Shown here: piece after piece, positions 8,432 through 17,359 of the stretch
Layout of the letters: every line of letters starts with the position of its first letter
How positions within the stretch are numbered: position 1 is the first letter of the stretch
DNA from: Candidatus Latescibacterota bacterium
Lineage (GTDB): Bacteria > Latescibacterota > CBDEFO01
Reading direction: 5' to 3'
DNA length: 64,000 nt
Assembly: GCA_965237525.1 (NCBI GenBank)
Contig: CBDEFO010000008.1
Location: 704,001 to 768,000, forward strand
Program-made: the position numbers and the translations under genes
The notes under the pieces: model-generated
Told to the model about the DNA's origin: nothing
Database searches by the model: none
Seen by the model: only the letters and a program-made list of their open reading frames with translations

Positions 8432-10975
8432 TCAATAGGCCACAGAGACCAACCGATCGGCAGAAGTATCCTCTGCAGAACCGGAATCGACATCTACTTC
8501 GACCCTGGAAAGATATATCCCGGGAGGAACTAAATTCCCCGATCGGTCATCCCCAGACCACACAATTGAATAGGCCCCCCTCGGATCAGATCTGTGCTCT
8601 GACAACACCTTGACTACAACACCGCCGAGATCGTATATCGTAACTTTCACTTCCTTAGCTGTTATTACGCCTGTAACGCTGAAGCTAAACGTCATCTCAT
8701 CGTTTACCCCATCTCCGTTGGGAGTAATCGTCTCAGGATCAATAATCAAATCTTGTATAATCTCATTTTCCCCCATCGCAAGGACAATTGTCCTCTGGCT
8801 GTTTACCAAATCCGTAGCATCTCCCGCATCTACCCTCTGCCAAAAACCGGGGGAGTTAGAGCTTTGCCCCGATGCCTTGAGCGATTCGCTGTTTGAAAAG
8901 ACCCTCGAACGGAACTGAACCTCAACAAGGTCCACTCCTCTCCTGACAGGATCAGGCAGGCGAAACCAGAGTGTGTCGGGCTGTGAATCGATCGTTGTCA
9001 ACTCTGAGGGTGAAAAACCTCTAATCTCACCATTTTGAAAATCCTCATCGCTGCCTGTACGCACCCGGAGGAGTTCCATCTGGCTTCCGGCGATGGCTTC
9101 TATCATAATCTCATCAAATCTCTGTACTGCCGTGCTAAAAGAAGGACGAATGAAAAATGAGAAATCCTCAGGTCTGCCTAACGTCACGATCCTGTTGGGC
9201 CACACCTCCCCGATCATCCTGTCCGCGATCGGATCGGACATACTCACCTCGATGGAGCGCAAAGATGCGGCAACATCGGGACTATCCGACAGAATCCTTG
9301 CCCTTATAAGCATAAACTCTCTCGGACTCGGAGACTTTATGTCCTCACCTTGAAAACGGTAGGGAGCGCTCCAGGTGCTCCAATCTCCGCCCGGCTTAAA
9401 TATGCTCGTTATTTCACCCCGCCTCACTTTGGGGAGTTTGTTGTATCTCTTCTCTGTAATAACGTTTCCCTTTTTGTCGTGAAATACCTTCTCCTCCTCC
9501 AATTCGTTGCCCGTCCTCGTCTGCAACCTGACGTTAGTTCCAGGGGGGGTGTCCGCCTCCCATTCTATGGAGATGAGATTCTTCCTGCTACCCAACTTTA
9601 TAAGGTCCGAAGTCATCACCACCTCAGGAACGTATCCTTCACCGTAAAGCATCACCTCTGTCCAGGATATGTAACCGACCCCGTGGTACGGTGTTCTGAT
9701 AAATCTGACTTTAGCGGGATCCATCCTGACCTCGGCGTATATTGCTTTCTCTCTAGTGCTTCCCACCCTCATCCACTTGATGGTGCCGTCGGGCGCCCTT
9801 GTCCCGTCAGATATGTCCACAAAGATGTCATGTATGGCATGGTCTCCGTCGAGTATAAACTGGATTGTGTCGATCCAAAAGAGCGCCCCCAAATCCTCAA
9901 GGAAAATATAGGTGTTACCCTCCCCACTTATCGTTCCGTTAACCCCCGTTCCATAATCGCCGTCTGAAACATTGGAGCCGGCATCCCTAACGCCGGCCTT
10001 GGTCTCAACAGTCAACTTCCCCCCGCGATCTGTTATGCCGAGGTTGATATTATCCCCGGGGGCCCAGACCTCGATTTCGGCTAATCTGGGTATCTCCCTC
10101 CTGTAGTACCTTATGGGTCCCTGCCGGTCGGGATGGATCTCCTCGTATTCTTCTTCCGAGATCAGGGTCTCCCTGCCAGTTATGCTCTTTCTAAAGTACT
10201 CCACAGCCCCTTTCTTATCGTCCGGCAGGACATCGTAATCATCTTTTGAAACCTCCTGTGCCTTGTCAAAATCGCTGTCTGTAGCGATTATCTGAACATA
10301 CTCAACAGGGTCTCCTGCAAAAACGTCATCTGTAGGTTCCGTTGAGGGAGGGACAAACTCAAAGACCCTCTGAGTCTTGTTGGGTTTGATAGTCCTGCCG
10401 ATCTCCCAGAAATTCGGCACATCGGTTAACGGAATCAGATATACCCTGTCCGAATGGGTTGAAGGGCCGTGTCTCCAGACTAAAACCTTAAACTGCAAAA
10501 AGGGATCCCCCTCGCCTTCCTCGGCAAAGCGCAGCACTATCTTTGAAGCGGTAACTACCCGTCCTAAACTTAAAGTAACCCACCAATCCTCAAAGGGGCT
10601 GTTCCTATTGGGACCCCAGGTTGTGCTCATATCTCCATCTATCAAATTGCCCGCATCCTGCTGGTTCGAACCGGCAGTTACCCTCCCTTCATCAGTAATG
10701 GAGAACCTCTCTGCATCCAGAGCAGCGTTGATGTTCCTATGTATAAAGCAGGGACTTACTGAGCCATCCTGCGAAATATCTGTGATGCCTCCCGCAATAT
10801 CCCACGCCTCCCAGTGGGACCTTCGGTTGATTAGGATCCTGTTGCCGATGATTCTATGCCCTTTTTGAGCCTCGACACGAAAAGGGAAAAACAAAATTAC
10901 CGAAACTGCCACAAGAACCGCTGCGTAAGTCCCCCAAGTCCCCCAAGTCCAATGTATGATTCTAAGACCTTTCAT
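8432..10975 (-). CDS. Secreted FlgD-Ig/CHU_C-like C-terminal-domain protein with discoidin-like domains, A-type (A2)
   Basis: Signal peptide (VEA-Q), LIDGDMSTTW discoidin-like motif, QTRTG...WSAPY...SPSPREF module, C-terminal ITPNGDGVND...WSGDDRSGNLVPPGIY. Confidence 0.85.
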   Translation of the reverse strand: MKGLRIIHWTWGTWGTYAAVLVAVSVILFFPFRVEAQKGHRIIGNRILINRRSHWEAWDIAGGITDISQDGSVSPCFIHRNINAALDAERFSITDEGRVTAGSNQQDAGNLIDGDMSTTWGPNRNSPFEDWWVTLSLGRVVTASKIVLRFAEEGEGDPFLQFKVLVWRHGPSTHSDRVYLIPLTDVPNFWEIGRTIKPNKTQRVFEFVPPSTEPTDDVFAGDPVEYVQIIATDSDFDKAQEVSKDDYDVLPDDKKGAVEYFRKSITGRETLISEEEYEEIHPDRQGPIRYYRREIPRLAEIEVWAPGDNINLGITDRGGKLTVETKAGVRDAGSNVSDGDYGTGVNGTISGEGNTYIFLEDLGALFWIDTIQFILDGDHAIHDIFVDISDGTRAPDGTIKWMRVGSTREKAIYAEVRMDPAKVRFIRTPYHGVGYISWTEVMLYGEGYVPEVVMTSDLIKLGSRKNLISIEWEADTPPGTNVRLQTRTGNELEEEKVFHDKKGNVITEKRYNKLPKVRRGEITSIFKPGGDWSTWSAPYRFQGEDIKSPSPREFMLIRARILSDSPDVAASLRSIEVSMSDPIADRMIGEVWPNRIVTLGRPEDFSFFIRPSFSTAVQRFDEIMIEAIAGSQMELLRVRTGSDEDFQNGEIRGFSPSELTTIDSQPDTLWFRLPDPVRRGVDLVEVQFRSRVFSNSESLKASGQSSNSPGFWQRVDAGDATDLVNSQRTIVLAMGENEIIQDLIIDPETITPNGDGVNDEMTFSFSVTGVITAKEVKVTIYDLGGVVVKVLSEHRSDPRGAYSIVWSGDDRSGNLVPPGIYLSRVEVDVDSGSAEDTSADRLVSVAY

Positions 10976-11092
10976 ACACAACCCGTGTGTGGAAACCGCC
11001 TCCTTTAGTCAGCGGAAGAAACTCCCTGCCTCCTTTCTACCTTCAGACTTCCTATGTGGACTTTTCAAAATAAATACCGCGTGACAGAACAA

Positions 11093-13675
11093 TCAATAGG
11101 CCACAGAGACCAACCGATCGGCAGAAGTATCCTCTGCAGAACCGGAATCGACATCTACTTCGACCCTGGAAAGATATATCCCGGGAGGAACTAAATTCCC
11201 CGATCGGTCATCCCCAGACCACACAATTGAATAGGCCCCCCTCGGATCAGATCTGTGCTCTGACAACACCTTGACTACAACACCGCCGAGATCGTATATC
11301 GTAACTTTCACTTCCTTAGCTGTTATTACGCCTGTAACGCTGAAGCTAAACGTCATCTCATCGTTTACCCCATCTCCGTTGGGAGTAATCGTCTCAGGAT
11401 CAATAATCAAATCTTGTATAATCTCATTTTCCCCCATCGCAAGGACAATTGTCCTCTGGCTGTTTACCAAATCCGTAGCATCTCCCGCATCTACCCTCTG
11501 CCAAAAACCGGGGGAGTTAGAGCTTTGCCCCGATGCCTTGAGCGATTCGCTGTTTGAAAAGACCCTCGAACGGAACTGAACCTCAACAAGGTCCACTCCT
11601 CTCCTGACAGGATCAGGCAGGCGAAACCAGAGTGTGTCGGGCTGTGAATCGATCGTTGTCAACTCTGAGGGTGAAAAACCTCTAATCTCACCATTTTGAA
11701 AATCCTCATCGCTGCCTGTACGCACCCGGAGGAGTTCCATCTGGCTTCCGGCGATGGCTTCTATCATAATCTCATCAAATCTCTGTACTGCCGTGCTAAA
11801 AGAAGGACGAATGAAAAATGAGAAATCCTCAGGTCTGCCTAACGTCACGATCCTGTTGGGCCACACCTCCCCGATCATCCTGTCCGCGATCGGATCGGAC
11901 ATACTCACCTCGATGGAGCGCAAAGATGCGGCAACATCGGGACTATCCGACAGAATCCTTGCCCTTATAAGCATAAACTCTCTCGGACTCGGAGACTTTA
12001 TGTCCTCACCTTGAAAACGGTAGGGAGCGCTCCAGGTGCTCCAATCTCCGCCCGGCTTAAATATGCTCGTTATTTCACCCCGCCTCACTTTGGGGAGTTT
12101 GTTGTATCTCTTCTCTGTAATAACGTTTCCCTTTTTGTCGTGAAATACCTTCTCCTCCTCCAATTCGTTGCCCGTCCTCGTCTGCAACCTGACGTTAGTT
12201 CCAGGGGGGGTGTCCGCCTCCCATTCTATGGAGATGAGATTCTTCCTGCCGCCCAACTTTATAAGGTCCGAAGTCATCACCACCTCAGGAACGTATCCTT
12301 CACCGTAAAGCATCACGTCTGTCCAGGATATGTAAGCCAGCCCCCCGACATGACGTTCATGCTCGTACGGTACCCTGATATATCTGGCTTTAGCAGGTTC
12401 AAACCTCATCTCGGCGTATGCTGATTTCTGTGTACTTTCTCCCACCCTCGTCCACTTGATGGTGCCGTCGGGCGCCCTCGTCCCGTCAGATATATCCAGA
12501 AAGATCTTATCTATGCTGGATGATCCGTCGTTTAGAACCTGCATTGTCTCGATCCAAAAGAGCGCCCCCAAATCCTCAAGGAAAGTATAGGTGTAAAACG
12601 AACTTATCGTCCCGTTAAGCGACGTTCCATAATCGCCGTCTGTAACAGCGGAGCCGGCATCCCTAACGCCGCCCTTGATCTCAATAGTCAACTTCCCGCC
12701 GCGATCTGTTATGCCGAGGTTGATATTATCTCCGGGGGTCCAGACCTCGATTTCGGCTAATCTGGGTATCTCCCTCCTGTAGTACCTTATGGGCCCCTGC
12801 CGGCTGGGATGGATCGCCTCGTATTCTTCTTCCGAGATCAGGGTCTCCCTGCCAGATATGCTCCTTCTAAAGTATTCCACAGCCCCTTTCTTATCGTCCG
12901 GCAGGACATCGTAATCCTCTTTCGATACCTCCTGTGCCTTGTCAAAATCGCTGTCTGTAGCGATTATCTGAACATACTCAATAGGATCTCCTGTAAAAAC
13001 GTCATCTGTAGATTGCGTTGATGGAGGGACAAACTCAAAGACCCTCTGAGTCTTGTTGGGTTTGATACTCCTGCCGATCTCCCAGAATTTCGGCGTATTG
13101 GTTAGCGGAAGCAGATAGCTTTGATAAAACGGGTGGTAGTCAGCTTTGACCGTTGCAGGGGGGTGTCTCCAGACTAAAACCTTAAACTGCAAAAAGGGAT
13201 CCCCCTCGCCTTCCTCGGCAAAGCGCAACACTATCTTTGAAGCGACAACTAACCGTCCTAAACTTAAAGTCACCCACCAATCCTCAAAGGGGCTGTTCCT
13301 CTCGGGACCCCAGGTTGTGCTCATATCTCCATCCATCAAATTACGCGCATCCTGCTGGTTCGAACCGGCAGTTATGCCCCCTTCATCAGTTAAGGAGAAC
13401 TCCTCTGCATCCAAGGCGGCGTTGATGTTTCTATGTATAAAGGTGGGACTTACCGAGCCATCCTGCGAAATATCTGTGTTGCCTCCTTCAATATCCCACA
13501 CCTCCCATTGAGATCTCTGGTTGATTAGAATCCTGTTGCCGATGATTCTATGCCCTTTTTGAGCCTCGACATAAAAAGGGAAAAACAAAATTACTGAGAC
13601 TGCGACACGAACCACTGCGCAAGTCACCCAAGTCCCCCAAATCCCCCAAATCCGTATGATTCTAAGACCTTTCAT
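11093..13675 (-). CDS. Secreted FlgD-Ig/CHU_C-like C-terminal-domain protein, A-type (A1)
   Basis: 860 aa, tandem paralogue of A2 with an identical C-terminal ~385 aa. Confidence 0.85.
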   Translation of the reverse strand: MKGLRIIRIWGIWGTWVTCAVVRVAVSVILFFPFYVEAQKGHRIIGNRILINQRSQWEVWDIEGGNTDISQDGSVSPTFIHRNINAALDAEEFSLTDEGGITAGSNQQDARNLMDGDMSTTWGPERNSPFEDWWVTLSLGRLVVASKIVLRFAEEGEGDPFLQFKVLVWRHPPATVKADYHPFYQSYLLPLTNTPKFWEIGRSIKPNKTQRVFEFVPPSTQSTDDVFTGDPIEYVQIIATDSDFDKAQEVSKEDYDVLPDDKKGAVEYFRRSISGRETLISEEEYEAIHPSRQGPIRYYRREIPRLAEIEVWTPGDNINLGITDRGGKLTIEIKGGVRDAGSAVTDGDYGTSLNGTISSFYTYTFLEDLGALFWIETMQVLNDGSSSIDKIFLDISDGTRAPDGTIKWTRVGESTQKSAYAEMRFEPAKARYIRVPYEHERHVGGLAYISWTDVMLYGEGYVPEVVMTSDLIKLGGRKNLISIEWEADTPPGTNVRLQTRTGNELEEEKVFHDKKGNVITEKRYNKLPKVRRGEITSIFKPGGDWSTWSAPYRFQGEDIKSPSPREFMLIRARILSDSPDVAASLRSIEVSMSDPIADRMIGEVWPNRIVTLGRPEDFSFFIRPSFSTAVQRFDEIMIEAIAGSQMELLRVRTGSDEDFQNGEIRGFSPSELTTIDSQPDTLWFRLPDPVRRGVDLVEVQFRSRVFSNSESLKASGQSSNSPGFWQRVDAGDATDLVNSQRTIVLAMGENEIIQDLIIDPETITPNGDGVNDEMTFSFSVTGVITAKEVKVTIYDLGGVVVKVLSEHRSDPRGAYSIVWSGDDRSGNLVPPGIYLSRVEVDVDSGSAEDTSADRLVSVAY

Positions 13676-13938
13676 AAGAATCCGGGCGTCAAAACCGTCT
13701 CCTATAGTCAGCGGAAGAAACGCCCTGCCTCCTTTCTACCATTAGAGTTTTTGTATGCGGGCTTTTCAAGATTTTTATAAATTTAATATAACCGTCAAAA
13801 GTGAATCTTACCTGCTATTTTGAAAGTAGCTTAGTTTTGGTTCTCTCGGCTGCTGCACTCCGACTTAACTACTGAGACTCTTGAGCCTTGATACCGTTCC
13901 AGTCAATGTGCAAGATTCGGCGCGGCGGTCGCTCGTTA

Positions 13939-13972
13939 GAAAAAGTAGGGGGGGATAAGAATTATCCCCCCC
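13939..13972 (-). terminator. Rho-independent terminator after the TWGRIK protein gene
   Basis: Minus strand reads GGGGGGGATAA-TTC-TTATCCCCCCC followed by TACTTTTT. Confidence 0.75.
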
Positions 13973-14000
13973 AGGGTGCCGCGTCGAGATTAATGCTTCA

Positions 14001-14969
14001 CTACTCCAATAGGTACGAAGCCTTGATCCTGCCCCATGTGTCGGACTCTACCGCACTATCCATATCCATACCCACGGGAGCACTAGGCGCTTCCAACAGC
14101 ACAAAGTCGCCGTGGAGACTGGCGTTGCGCCAGGTATTGTGGAGGCCCGGGAAGTCATAGGACCCCTCGTAGCCCGAGAGCTTATCATCGTAGTCCTTCA
14201 TGACGAACCCGACGTGTATGATTCTGTCTGGCTCAAGATCTACAATTGTGCTGGCCGAAGCGCCAGAGTAGCTCAGGATCTCAAAGGGAGTCACCTTATA
14301 CTCATAGGTGACTTCGCCAGCTCCTCCCACTTCGCCCCTGAAGCTCCATCCGGTCTCAAGATAGTCAGGCGAAACGTCCTGCGTTCCGTCTGTCAGCCAA
14401 CTGATCGCCTTGCCGTTATCCAGGAAGTACATAAAGCTGTAAAAGCCGTCTCTGGGCGGCACAAGCATTGTGTAAAGCTGGCCGGTCGTGTAGAACAACT
14501 GCTCCTGTTCTTCTCGGGTAACGTCTTCATCTAGCCACGCGTCGTCGAACAGATTTCCGCCGCTGTGGTCGGCATCCAGGATGAAGTTAATGTCGTCGTC
14601 TCCGTTGAAGCCTGAGGACACTCCACGGTAGGTGCCCCCCGATAGAATGTCATCCACTACGTCCACCATCATGTAGACGCGGTTGAGCTCATCGTTCCAC
14701 CCTATAATGCCCTGGATGTTATAATCGGCAAGATCAAACCCTGGATTCCTTACGGCCTCCCAGAATTCACCCTCTACTTGATTTAGCGAAAGGTCGAGGA
14801 TATCAGGGATTGCATCCCAGTCTGAACGGTCGCCATCTATATCAGGCACGTCTGAAAGATGGAACCCATAAGCGAAAAACTCCACTCCCGGCGGCTCATG
14901 CGCTGAGACGAAAGCGGCCACGGCGAATACCAAGCTGAGCGCCAGGGAGCTTCTGATTAATGTCTTCAT
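14001..14969 (-). CDS. Secreted acidic CBM9/DOMON-like sugar-binding protein with C-terminal AVESxTWGRIK motif
   Basis: Signal peptide (VSA-HEPP), motifs IDGDRSDW, WNDELNRVYMMVDVVDD and ILDADHSGG, C-terminus SAVESDTWGRIKASYLLE, RBS AGGAGG. Confidence 0.75.
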   Translation of the reverse strand: MKTLIRSSLALSLVFAVAAFVSAHEPPGVEFFAYGFHLSDVPDIDGDRSDWDAIPDILDLSLNQVEGEFWEAVRNPGFDLADYNIQGIIGWNDELNRVYMMVDVVDDILSGGTYRGVSSGFNGDDDINFILDADHSGGNLFDDAWLDEDVTREEQEQLFYTTGQLYTMLVPPRDGFYSFMYFLDNGKAISWLTDGTQDVSPDYLETGWSFRGEVGGAGEVTYEYKVTPFEILSYSGASASTIVDLEPDRIIHVGFVMKDYDDKLSGYEGSYDFPGLHNTWRNASLHGDFVLLEAPSAPVGMDMDSAVESDTWGRIKASYLLE

Positions 14970-15227
14970 TACTGCTACCTCCTAATGTTTACATGTTTAC
15001 TGCACATCTCCGGCTCCAAACGAGCGGGAGAAAGCAGTTCTAAAACTCCTCTTCACCTTTCCTTCATCTATCTAACCCAAGTCCACCTCCTTTCCATTTC
15101 TCGGGCATACTGCAGCCTCCCAAATTACGTTCGGAAAGCCGACGCGGCACCTATATGTAAGTTTAGGCTAAGTGTACAGCTCATATGACAGAGGTTATAT
15201 CGTAAGGTTTCATATTCAATCGCCTAC

Positions 15228-15256
15228 ATAATACATAAAGTTCTGTCAAATGTCAA
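15228..15256 (-). promoter_or_regulatory. Sigma70-type promoter for 14001..14969
   Basis: Minus strand TTGACA-N17-TATTAT. Confidence 0.65.
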
Positions 15257-15483
15257 GACTTTTTTTGGGCAAAACGTAAAAAATATTTGCACCTTGCAAA
15301 AGGGAAAAAAAGATTAGGATCTATCCAGGGCTATTCAGTTTTCCATTTCGATGTCAAAGAGGACTAAAACCGATCAGGGCTGGGTACAGGCAGCAGTAAT
15401 GTTGGTCTGACCCGCAGGGTGCATCAAACCTATTACTATGTTGCAAAAGGTAACCATCACTTGTGGACTTATCCGAGTGTGCG

Positions 15484-17166
15484 CTACTCGGTTTTGAAGG
15501 CTACCTTAAGGTTATCTTCTAGGATATTCACCTGTGATGCGTATCTATTTCGCAGTTCTTTCAGAAACTGCTCAAATATCTCCGCCTCCCTCACTTTCTT
15601 TATATGCTTTCTAACAAGCCTCTTGGCATCTGAAAAGGGCCGTCTCTCGTGCTTTCTGGATAGCACCTTGAATATAGAATAGCCATCTTTTACCTTAACA
15701 GGACCTTTGAGCACCTCTATCTGGGCTTCCTGTGCAGCTTCCACTAATGCGCCGTATTTATAGCGGCCGATGGGATCGGGATGAAAAAGTAATCTTCCTT
15801 CTTCATCTCGTTCTTTCATAGGCCGTATAGAATGAATCCCTGCAAGTTCGCCCAATAGGGCGCCCTCTCGGATCTGCTCCTTAAGGCGCAGAGCCTCTGC
15901 CTCTGTCTCTACAAGTATCTCCTGTACATGTATGTCCTCAGGGAGCATATAATTATCCGGATTGCTGTCGTACTCCCGTCGTATCTCTTCCTCAGTTATG
16001 TTTACCTTCCCTTCCAGCGCTTTTTTCCTGAGTCCCCATATTAAAAACTTCCTTCTTTTTTTCTCAAGCCATTTTGCTATATCTTCCTCCTTATCTATTC
16101 CACCGCGAATAGCCGCTTCCATAATCATTATGTAGGGAATTACGGCACGCTCTGCAAAGGAGACCGCCTGTCGGCTATCTGTAAAATTAGTGGGGCCACC
16201 TTTACTTTTTAGATCGCTGATCACGTAGATAAAGTCTCCTGCAGTTATCTTTCCCCTGTCGTATCTGTAAACGACGATATTCCGCTCATCCTCCGTTTCA
16301 AAAGATGCACCGTTGCGCAAGCTGTCAACAAAGGCGTTCAAACCACCCTGATCCAGTTCGAGGCGATATTTATTCTTGAGCTTGTCTACTAAGGTGGCTC
16401 TTTCGAGACTAAACTTCTTTACATAGAGTGATCTGGAAATCTTTGCTCTCAGCTCCGGGCCAAGGGCCATTGTAGTATCAGCAACAACCTTGAAGATCGA
16501 ATATCGGCTGCCGATCTTTATGGGCTCTGATACTTCGCCCACCTTGAGAGAATATAGCCTGTCCTGAATCAGGGTTATACTTTCTTTGACGCTGTACCTT
16601 TCTGTATCGTCCCCTCTGGGAGCAGTCTCTTTATTTGTAGACCACTTTCTGGCAACCTCCTCAAAGCTTTTCCCCTTTTTGATCTCCTCAAAAGCGAGCT
16701 TTACTTTGTCCTCACTGTCAACCGTTATATCGCTGAACCTGATCCCCCTGGAGAATCCATGCTTTTCAAAGAACTCCTGTATCTCCTCTTCTTTTACATC
16801 TATCTTTATCTCCCTTCGTTGAAAGATACCTACGAGCTTTTCCTTCTTGACCTTATTCATCTTCCTTAGAAAGGTGAGGCTCTTATCGATGCCCACCTTT
16901 GGGGACTCCATCGTCAAGAGCTCCATATCAATCATAGTTTGCAGATGATTCCTTTCTCCCTCCATTCCTGTTTTTTTGCTATGGAAATATTCGGGGAGTT
17001 TATCATAAAATTCCTGAAACTGCTTTAAAGTTATCGTCTTATCTCCAACCTGGGCGACTACTAAATCCCCCTTTTGCTTCGCGCAACTCATACAGATAAC
17101 CAAAAAGGCGATCGGGAACACACGAATTCTTGTAGCTTTTTTTACACCAGCAGCGATATTGTTCAC
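15484..17166 (-). CDS. PpiC/parvulin-type peptidyl-prolyl isomerase lipoprotein (SurA/PrsA-like, two rotamase domains)
   Basis: Lipobox-like ICMSC, VVAQVGDKTIT, GKSFEEVARKWS, LKVGEVSEPIK, HVQEILVETEAEA...GPVKVKDGYSIFKV. Confidence 0.85.
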   Translation of the reverse strand: MNNIAAGVKKATRIRVFPIAFLVICMSCAKQKGDLVVAQVGDKTITLKQFQEFYDKLPEYFHSKKTGMEGERNHLQTMIDMELLTMESPKVGIDKSLTFLRKMNKVKKEKLVGIFQRREIKIDVKEEEIQEFFEKHGFSRGIRFSDITVDSEDKVKLAFEEIKKGKSFEEVARKWSTNKETAPRGDDTERYSVKESITLIQDRLYSLKVGEVSEPIKIGSRYSIFKVVADTTMALGPELRAKISRSLYVKKFSLERATLVDKLKNKYRLELDQGGLNAFVDSLRNGASFETEDERNIVVYRYDRGKITAGDFIYVISDLKSKGGPTNFTDSRQAVSFAERAVIPYIMIMEAAIRGGIDKEEDIAKWLEKKRRKFLIWGLRKKALEGKVNITEEEIRREYDSNPDNYMLPEDIHVQEILVETEAEALRLKEQIREGALLGELAGIHSIRPMKERDEEGRLLFHPDPIGRYKYGALVEAAQEAQIEVLKGPVKVKDGYSIFKVLSRKHERRPFSDAKRLVRKHIKKVREAEIFEQFLKELRNRYASQVNILEDNLKVAFKTE

Positions 17167-17359
17167 CTTATTAAAGATCTCCTTTTTCCTGGTAAATTAC
17201 CAGAGCGCACACACGCATGTGCCCCTACAACTCATCTGCTGACAGCGTTCTTGTTTGCGACAACGTCCATCTCCTTATAAAGAACCGCTAATTTGAGACG
17301 GACATCGTACTATTATCGCTCTTATCCTATAACCTTACAAGTGCTCTTTAGGGATTCAC

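Noticed and set aside
14970..15227. Known riboswitch in the long leader
   Set aside because: No recognisable aptamer consensus by eye. An Rfam/Infernal scan would be needed.
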